In this document: positions 57,903-64,000 of the stretch, in pieces
How the letters are laid out: every line of letters starts with the position of its first letter
How positions within the stretch are numbered: the first letter of the stretch is position 1
NCBI GenBank assembly: GCA_963772375.1
Contig: CAVYXG010000009.1
Location: forward strand, 31,312 to 95,311
Origin: an uncultured Actinomycetes bacterium
GTDB taxonomy: Bacteria; Actinomycetota; UBA4738; JACQTL01
Direction of reading: 5' to 3'
DNA: 64,000 bases
The notes under the pieces: model-generated
The model's database searches: none
Told to the model about the DNA's origin: nothing
What the model saw: the letters and a program-made list of their open reading frames with translations, nothing else
Program-made: the position numbers and the translations under genes

Positions 57903-59315
57903 GTGCGCACCCTCGTGCTGTTCACCCGTGACCTCCGCCTTCACGACCATCCGGACCTGAGCGAGGCGTGCCGGACCGGGGAGGTCGTCCCCGCGTTCGT
58001 GTGGGATCCGGACCTCGCGTCGGCTTCACCGAACCGGGCACGGTTCCTGGCGGAGAGCCTGGTGGATCTGGAACAGGCCCTCCGGCAGCGGGGCAGCCGG
58101 CTGCTCCTCCGGCGCGGGCCCGTCGCGGAGGGCGCAGCGCAACTGGCGATGGAGACCCGCTGCGACCGGATCTTCCTCACCGCGGACGCGGGGACCTACG
58201 CGACCGCACGGCTCGAGCGCCTGAACCGGTTGGCGGCGGACCGCGGCATCGGCGTGGAGACCTTCCCCGGCCACGCCGTCGTCGAGCCGGGAACCATCGC
58301 CCCAGCCGCGCGGTCCTCGTACCGGGTGTTCACCCCGTACTGGCGGGCGTGGCGCGCCGCTGACTGGCGCCGGCCCCTCCCCGCTCCGCCGTCGATCCCG
58401 ACGCCCCCGGACCTCGAGCCCGGAGCCCGGCCGGACCCTTCCCGGATCTTCCCCACCGCGTCCGACCTGCCGCCCGGCGGCTCCCACGCCGGCCGACGGA
58501 GTCTCTCGCGATTCCTGCGCGACGACCGCGGCGACGACCGCGGCCTCCGGAACGACCTGGCCGCCGACGCCACGTCGAGGCTGTCGCCATACCTCCGATT
58601 CGGCTGCGTGTCCGCGACGGAGGTGGCTCACCGTGTCGAGCGGGCCGGAGGGGATGAGTGGTTCCTCCGGCAGCTCGCGTGGCGCGACTTCTACTCTCAG
58701 CTCCGGGTCGAGCTGCCCGAGCTCACCCGCCAGGACCTCCGTGAGCCTCCGGACGGTCCCCGGCTCCAGGACGACGAGCTGTTCGCGGCGTGGGCGGAGG
58801 GGCGGACCGGATTCCCCCTGGTGGACGCCGGCATGCGCCAGCTCCTCGGGGAGGGGTGGATGCACAACCGGGCCCGGATGGTGACCGCGTCGTTCCTGGT
58901 CCGCCGGTGCGGCATCCCGTGGCAGGAGGGGGCCCGCCACTTCCTCGCGCATCTGGTCGACGGCGACCCGGCCAGCAACGCCGGTGGATGGCAGTGGGCC
59001 GCCGGGACGGGAACCGACCCCCGGCGGTCGCGTCCGCTGAACCCGCTGCGACAGGCCGCCCGGTTCGACCCCACCGGCGCGTACATCCGGCGCTACGTGC
59101 CCGAGCTGGTGGGACTGCCCACCCCCCTCGTCCACGCGCCGTGGCTGGACCCGGTCCGGGCTCGTTCCGTGGGTTACCCGGACCCGGTGATCGAGGTCGC
59201 CGGCATGGGGATCCGCGACCCGATCAGATCCGACCCGGCCAGGACATCGTCCCCCAGGTACGTCCCGAGGGCGTCCCGGCGCGAGGCGCTCGAGGAGAAC
59301 GCCGCCCCGGCGTAG
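57903..59315 (+). CDS. phrB: Deoxyribodipyrimidine (CPD) photolyase
   Basis: RDLRLHDH, FTPY, TSRLSPYLRFG, QLAWRDF, GWMHNRARM, DGDPASN.GGWQW. Confidence 0.94.
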   Translation: MRTLVLFTRDLRLHDHPDLSEACRTGEVVPAFVWDPDLASASPNRARFLAESLVDLEQALRQRGSRLLLRRGPVAEGAAQLAMETRCDRIFLTADAGTYATARLERLNRLAADRGIGVETFPGHAVVEPGTIAPAARSSYRVFTPYWRAWRAADWRRPLPAPPSIPTPPDLEPGARPDPSRIFPTASDLPPGGSHAGRRSLSRFLRDDRGDDRGLRNDLAADATSRLSPYLRFGCVSATEVAHRVERAGGDEWFLRQLAWRDFYSQLRVELPELTRQDLREPPDGPRLQDDELFAAWAEGRTGFPLVDAGMRQLLGEGWMHNRARMVTASFLVRRCGIPWQEGARHFLAHLVDGDPASNAGGWQWAAGTGTDPRRSRPLNPLRQAARFDPTGAYIRRYVPELVGLPTPLVHAPWLDPVRARSVGYPDPVIEVAGMGIRDPIRSDPARTSSPRYVPRASRREALEENAAPA

Positions 59316-60088
59316 AAGACCTCCACCCCGGACAGCCCGTTCACCGCCTTCAGCGACGCCACGGTGCTCTGGCGGTGGACGCTCCGCTGCGCCACCACCA
59401 CCGCGGCCCGGGCTCGGGTGGTCCGGCAGGCCTCGACCAGGGCTCCGGGCGGAGTGAGGGCACCGAGCATCCGGGTCGGCCATCCCCGCAGCGCGAGCAA
59501 CGTGGCGAAGGCCTCCAGTCCCACGCTGTGCAGTTCCTTCGGGCCGCAGGCGAGCACCACAGGCGCGACGGCCCTCGGCGGGGGAGCCAATGTCCGCAGG
59601 CGGGCCAGCCACGACCGGACCATGTCGGTGAGCAGGTGCTCGTTCTCGACGTCGCACGTGCCCGCTTTCCACCGGGAGCCCACCTCGTGCAGGGCATCCA
59701 CGGCGACCCTCCCGATCGCGGCGTCCACGCCCAGGCGGCCGGCCGCCTCGTCCAGGGTGGCGCGCACGCGGTCCGCGTCCAGGGCGGTCGCCGCCGCGAG
59801 GAGGGCATCGACGAAGGGTCGCGAGGCGGCGTCGGAGCCCGCCCCCGAGGCGGCCATCGCGGCCGCATCCCTGGCCGTGTGCCCGGCTCTGATGGCATCC
59901 CGCATCACCCGCAGACGCTCGGCGTCCTGGATCGAGTACCGCCGGTGGCGTCCGTCGGTCCGGGACGGGCTCCCGAGTCCGTACCGCCGCTCCCATGACC
60001 GGATGGTCGGGACTGGGATGCCCAACATCTCCGAGACGCCCGCGATGGGCATCCGTCCGGACGCACGCTTCACCGTTCGTTCGCTCAT
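59174..60088 (-). CDS. MerR-family regulator with cobalamin-binding domain (CarH/LitR-like photoreceptor)
   Basis: TIRSWERRYG..R..G.HRRYS MerR HTH; W-x9-EH (WKAGTCDVENEH); ELHSVG ExHxxG B12 motif; LGA.TP. Confidence 0.88.
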   Translation of the reverse strand: MSERTVKRASGRMPIAGVSEMLGIPVPTIRSWERRYGLGSPSRTDGRHRRYSIQDAERLRVMRDAIRAGHTARDAAAMAASGAGSDAASRPFVDALLAAATALDADRVRATLDEAAGRLGVDAAIGRVAVDALHEVGSRWKAGTCDVENEHLLTDMVRSWLARLRTLAPPPRAVAPVVLACGPKELHSVGLEAFATLLALRGWPTRMLGALTPPGALVEACRTTRARAAVVVAQRSVHRQSTVASLKAVNGLSGVEVFYAGAAFSSSASRRDALGTYLGDDVLAGSDLIGSRIPMPATSITGSG

Positions 60089-60090
60089 AA

Positions 60091-60879
60091 TCAGTTCGGG
60101 CGGAGGGTCCCGCCGTACACCTGCCATGCCAGCAGCGACTTGGCGACCAGCGACAGCAGGATGTACACCCGCTCGCCGTAAAGGTAGTCCCGCCACGGAC
60201 CGACCTTGCGGTACTGCAGCACCATGTTCACGGCGAACACGTTGAAGAACAGGAAGATCGACACGAAGATGAAGTAGACGAAGGTCGGGGGGCCCACCTC
60301 CCCGCGGCCCGCTCCGATGAGGTAGATCGCGATGGCCACCCACGGGACCGCACCGGCGAACACGCCGAACCAGTAGGACAGCCAGTTCGTCTTCCGGGTG
60401 GTCTGATTGTGGACCTCCATAACCCAGCCGAACAGGATCATGCACGCGTTCACAGCGGCGATCGCGAGCAGCGCGACGACGTCGTAGATGCCGACGAGCA
60501 TCGAGATCACCACGATCATCAACGACGAGCTGACGGCGTACTCCATCCAGCGCCCCGGGTTCATGCCGAGGGCGAGGTTCCGGCGGTACCAGCCGTACCC
60601 CACGGTGGCGATGAGCAGGTGGGCGAGGGCCGACAGGAACAGGAACCCCACCACCAGCAGCGCGACGGGCAGGTCGAACAGGACCTGCGGCTCGGGGAAG
60701 AGGCGAACCCCTGGGCCGGGCTGGTCCTGCAGGAAGTTGGACATCACCGGCAGGGTGACGCCGCTCGCGATGGCGAGCATGACGAGGCCCTGCACGAGAT
60801 GGAGGGATCCGGCGCCGAGGTTCCAGCTGCGGAGCCGATCGGAGCGCTCCGCTCGAGCCGCGATCGCCGCTGTGCTCAT
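60091..60879 (-). CDS. heR: Heliorhodopsin
   Basis: 7 TM; WN..G.LH..Q, SALAH, NPGRWMEYAVSSS (Glu counterion), YGERVYILLSLVAKSLLAWQ with the SLVAK retinal lysine. Confidence 0.95.
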   Translation of the reverse strand: MSTAAIAARAERSDRLRSWNLGAGSLHLVQGLVMLAIASGVTLPVMSNFLQDQPGPGVRLFPEPQVLFDLPVALLVVGFLFLSALAHLLIATVGYGWYRRNLALGMNPGRWMEYAVSSSLMIVVISMLVGIYDVVALLAIAAVNACMILFGWVMEVHNQTTRKTNWLSYWFGVFAGAVPWVAIAIYLIGAGRGEVGPPTFVYFIFVSIFLFFNVFAVNMVLQYRKVGPWRDYLYGERVYILLSLVAKSLLAWQVYGGTLRPN

Positions 60880-60882
60880 GTC

Positions 60883-61350
60883 TCATGCCTCCTTCGCCGG
60901 GCGCGAGCGGGCCGCGCCGAGCCAGGCCTTCATTCCGGCGAGCGCCGCCTTGCCCATCTGGTTGAACGCTCCCCTGAGGAAAGGGGCGGCGAGGATGGCC
61001 AGTCCGGTGAGCCGGAGGTCTGCCTCGTAGGTGATGCGGGTCCCGCCGGGGACGGCGGCGAACTCGATGGTGTCGACCGCCTTCACCCGGGGCCCCTCAC
61101 CTCGGAGGACCACCCGGTGGGGGCGCCGGTACTCGGTGGTCACGTACGTCATGTCCTGCTCCGAGCCGCGGAACCGGACCCTCACGAGGTACTCCGCCCC
61201 CACCCCGCTCGGGTCCCCGCTGCCATCCCGGACCCGCTCGGCCCGGACCACGCCCGGGTCCCATCGCTCGGAGCTGGAGAAGTCCGCCACCGCGTCGAAC
61301 GCGTCACCTGCCCGCCCCGACACCTCGATCACCTCTCGAAGCACCGCCAC
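60883..61350 (-). CDS. SRPBCC/START-like ligand-binding protein
   Basis: AFDAVADFS...WDPGV, TRITY.ADL, C-terminal helix; GTG start fits the GGAGG spacing. Confidence 0.87.
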   Translation of the reverse strand: MAVLREVIEVSGRAGDAFDAVADFSSSERWDPGVVRAERVRDGSGDPSGVGAEYLVRVRFRGSEQDMTYVTTEYRRPHRVVLRGEGPRVKAVDTIEFAAVPGGTRITYEADLRLTGLAILAAPFLRGAFNQMGKAALAGMKAWLGAARSRPAKEA

Positions 61351-61364
61351 CTTCATCCTCCTGT

Positions 61365-61429
61365 TTGCATCGGTTCTCTCCACAAGGCTAGGTCTCCCCC
61401 CGATAGCTTCCATGCATGAACCTGTGCAA
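61365..61429. promoter_or_regulatory. Divergent promoter region with two inverted copies of the TGCAYMGGTTC motif
   Basis: TTGCATCGGTTC (61365-76, +) and TTGCACAGGTTC (61429-18, -), each 38 nt upstream of a TAGC(T/C)T -10 box on its own strand. Confidence 0.6.
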
Positions 61430-61452
61430 GTGCGATGAGGAAGGACGTTGCC

Positions 61453-62451
61453 GTGGCTGATGCCGCCTCCCTGCTCGACCGGGCCCTCGAAGCCCTGGTC
61501 GTCCCGTCGTTCTCCAGGATCGGCCCCGCGGTGCGCCGGCGCCTGTTCGACTGGGACGACCCCGCCTCGCCCTCCGTGGCCGGGCGGACCGTGGCCGTCA
61601 CCGGGGCGACCTCCGGCCTCGGCTTCGTGGCCGCCGAGGCGCTGGCCCGGGCCGGGGCCCGCGTCCTGCTCATCGGACGTGACCAGGCACGGACCGAGGC
61701 CGCCGCCGAGCGCATCCGGGGGGCGACGGGGCGCGACGACCTGGGGGTGTACCTCGCTGACCTCAGCGACCTGTCGAAGGTCCGCTCCCTCGCCGAGGCC
61801 ATCACCGCGTCCGAGCACCGGCTCGACGTGCTGGTCCACAACGCGGGGGCGCTGCTCACCGAACGACGGGACTCAGTGGACGGCCACGAGATGACGTTCG
61901 CCACGATGGTCCTCGGGCCGTTCTTGCTCACCCGCGAGCTCCTGCCGATGCTGCGGAGGAGCGACGACGGGCGGATCGTCACGGTCACCTCCGGGGGGAT
62001 GTACGCCCAGGCGTTGCGGCTCGACGACCTCCAGAGCGAGGAGTACCCGTACCGGGGCTCGATCGCCTACGCCAGGGCCAAGCGGGCCCAGGTGGTCCTG
62101 ACCCGTCTGTGGGCCCGGCAGCTCGCGGGCACCTCGGTGGTGGCGCACGCCATGCATCCGGGCTGGGCCGACACGCCCGGGGTGGAGGCCTCGCTTCCTC
62201 GGTTCCGCCGGCTGATGGGTCCCCTCCTGCGGACCCCCGAGGAGGGCGCCGACACCATCGTCTGGCTCGCCGCCGCGCCGGAGGCGTCCCGGTCGACCGG
62301 CCAACTGTGGCTCGACCGCCGGCCCCGACCCCTGGACAAGCTGCCCTGGACCCGGGTGAGCCCGGACCAGGCCCGTGCGCTGTGGCAGGCCTGCGACCAC
62401 ATGGTCGGCGATGCCCTGGAGCCCCGGCCGCCGCGGCCGTTGACTGCATAG
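61453..62451 (+). CDS. SDR oxidoreductase (DHRS12/retinol-dehydrogenase-like)
   Basis: TGATSGLG, HNAG, SGGMY, YARAK, MHPGWADTPG. Confidence 0.9.
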   Translation: MADAASLLDRALEALVVPSFSRIGPAVRRRLFDWDDPASPSVAGRTVAVTGATSGLGFVAAEALARAGARVLLIGRDQARTEAAAERIRGATGRDDLGVYLADLSDLSKVRSLAEAITASEHRLDVLVHNAGALLTERRDSVDGHEMTFATMVLGPFLLTRELLPMLRRSDDGRIVTVTSGGMYAQALRLDDLQSEEYPYRGSIAYARAKRAQVVLTRLWARQLAGTSVVAHAMHPGWADTPGVEASLPRFRRLMGPLLRTPEEGADTIVWLAAAPEASRSTGQLWLDRRPRPLDKLPWTRVSPDQARALWQACDHMVGDALEPRPPRPLTA

Positions 62452-62489
62452 GTTCGCACCCCACAACCTCTGCAACTGCCGGGGACCAT
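62445..62489 (+). promoter_or_regulatory. Internal promoter/operator: TGCATAGGTT-N10-AACCTCTGCA plus -10-like GACCAT
   Basis: 9/10 inverted repeat; motif starts 39 nt before the hexamer; ATG 6 nt after it. Confidence 0.45.
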
Positions 62490-62495
62490 GGGGGC

Positions 62496-63794
62496 ATGCG
62501 GATCGCGGTGATCGGTGGAGGGATCTCGGGCCTCGGCGCGGCGTGGGCGCTCTCCCGTCGGCACGCGGTGACGGTCTACGAATCCGAACGTCGGCTCGGA
62601 GGGCACGCGAACACGGTCGAGATCGACGAAGGCGACCGGGTCGTTCCGGTCGACACCGGGTTCATCGTCTACAACGAGCGCACCTACCCCAACCTGACCC
62701 GGCTGTTCGCCGCCACCCGCGTCTCCACGGAGCCGAGCGACATGTCGTTCGCGGTGTCCCGGGACGGCGGCCGGTTCGAGTACGGCGCCAGCGCGCCGGG
62801 CCTGCTCGCGCAGCTCCCGAACCTGGCCCGGGGCAGCTACCGGACCATGGTCCGCGACATGCTGCGGTTCATGCGCGAGGCTCCCGCCCTGGTCGGGTCG
62901 GGGTCCACCGAGCCGCTGGGTGAGTTCCTGGACCGGGGCCGGTACGGGGAGCCGTTCCGGCGCGACTTCCTGCTCCCGATGCTGGCCTGTATCTGGTCCT
63001 CGAGCCTCGACGCGATGCTCGACTACCCCGCGGAGTCGATGGCCGGCTTTCTGGACAACCACGGCCTGCTCCGGGCGGTCGGGCAGCCCCGGTGGCGCAC
63101 GGTGACCGGCGGAAGCCGCGAGTACGTGCGGCGGCTCTCGGCCGGCTTCGCCCGGGATGTCCGGCTGGCGACGCCGGTGCAGGCCGTCCAGCGCCACGCC
63201 GACGGCGTGGTGATCAGGGACGCCCGGGGCGGCGCCGACCGCTTCCACCACGTCGTATTCGCCACCCACGCCGACATCACGCTCCGGATCCTCGGGCCCG
63301 ACGCCTCCCCCACCGAGCGTGCGGTGCTGTCGGCGTTCCGGTACCAGGAGAACCGGGCGGTCCTGCATCGGGACCCCTCGCTGATGCCGCGACGTCGCCG
63401 GGTCTGGTCGAGCTGGAACTACCTGGCGGATGGCGACGACGGCTCGGAGCGGGTCAGCCTGTCGTACTGGATGAACCGGCTCCAGAACCTCCGCACCGAA
63501 CGACCGGTCATCCTGACCCTGAACCCCTCGCGCGAGCCCCGCCATGTGGAGAGCGAGCACATCTACCACCATCCGCAGTTCGACGGCCGGGCGGTGAACG
63601 CCCAGCGCCGGTTGCCGGGGATCCAGGGTGTGGACCGGACGTGGTTCGTCGGCGCGTGGACCGGCTACGGCTTCCATGAGGACGGCCTGCGCTCGGGCCT
63701 CGAGGTCGCGGCCGCCCTCGGCGCGCCGGCGCCGTGGTGGGCCTCGCGGACCGTGACCCACCCGGAGCGTCGGATGGCTGGAGCGGTAGCGTGA
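62496..63794 (+). CDS. FAD-dependent oxidoreductase/desaturase of the CFA/furan-fatty-acid cluster type
   Basis: GGGISGL, RLGGHANT, VDTGFIVYNERTYPNL, SWNY, YGFHEDG. Confidence 0.92.
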   Translation: MRIAVIGGGISGLGAAWALSRRHAVTVYESERRLGGHANTVEIDEGDRVVPVDTGFIVYNERTYPNLTRLFAATRVSTEPSDMSFAVSRDGGRFEYGASAPGLLAQLPNLARGSYRTMVRDMLRFMREAPALVGSGSTEPLGEFLDRGRYGEPFRRDFLLPMLACIWSSSLDAMLDYPAESMAGFLDNHGLLRAVGQPRWRTVTGGSREYVRRLSAGFARDVRLATPVQAVQRHADGVVIRDARGGADRFHHVVFATHADITLRILGPDASPTERAVLSAFRYQENRAVLHRDPSLMPRRRRVWSSWNYLADGDDGSERVSLSYWMNRLQNLRTERPVILTLNPSREPRHVESEHIYHHPQFDGRAVNAQRRLPGIQGVDRTWFVGAWTGYGFHEDGLRSGLEVAAALGAPAPWWASRTVTHPERRMAGAVA

Positions 63795-64000
63795 GCGAGG
63801 CGCGAGCCTCCGCGCTGTACGTCGGCCGGGTCACCCACGCGCGTCACATCCCCCCCAAGCACCGGCTGTCCTACAGGGTGTGGTACCTGCTCCTGGATCT
63901 CGACGAGATCGAGGAGCTGGACCGCGACCTCCCTGGGTTCGCCGCCGAGCGACCCGGGCCGGTGAGCTTCCGGGCGGCCGATCACGGGCCCGGCGACGGC
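63791..64000 (+). CDS. DUF1365 family protein (runs off the window)
   Basis: SALYVGRVTHAR..P.H...Y....LLLDLDE...SF..ADHG; GTGA overlap. Confidence 0.88.
   Translation, partial: MSEARASALYVGRVTHARHIPPKHRLSYRVWYLLLDLDEIEELDRDLPGFAAERPGPVSFRAADHGPGDG

Noticed and set aside
59174-60886. 570-aa ORF suggesting a heliorhodopsin-CarH fusion
   Set aside because: The upstream part is an off-frame shadow of HeR. HeR ends normally with its own stop, and its C-terminus is expected outside the cell, which is incompatible with a fused DNA-binding domain

Overview
A very GC-rich, actinobacterial-looking chromosomal window with about 55 intact CDS, one tRNA and one riboswitch. I saw no integrase, transposase, prophage or CRISPR array. 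All product calls come from motifs read by eye; no database searches were run. 1-16.7 kb: the end of one complex I locus (nuoN), a polyprenyl synthase, an ABC pair, vapBC, a second complex I operon lacking nuoDEFG (nuoABCHIJKLMN), htpX preceded by a yybP-ykoY (Mn2+) riboswitch, yajQ and tRNA-Tyr. 16.7-48 kb: accessory metabolism, including a tightly coupled membrane-cupredoxin / USP-USP-Rieske / ferredoxin-reductase operon, a WS/DGAT + ceramide-synthase-like GNAT pair, a TusA/DsrE/LuxR/SQR-like sulfur cluster and a HAD-GH65 fusion. 48-57.8 kb: intact genes mixed with several broken gene remnants. 57.8-64 kb: a light-response cluster with DNA photolyase, a B12-binding CarH/LitR-type regulator, heliorhodopsin, SRPBCC, SDR, an FAD oxidoreductase and DUF1365. 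Its four putative promoters all carry the same 11-bp motif (TGCAYVGSTTC) 38-39 nt upstream of a -10-like hexamer.
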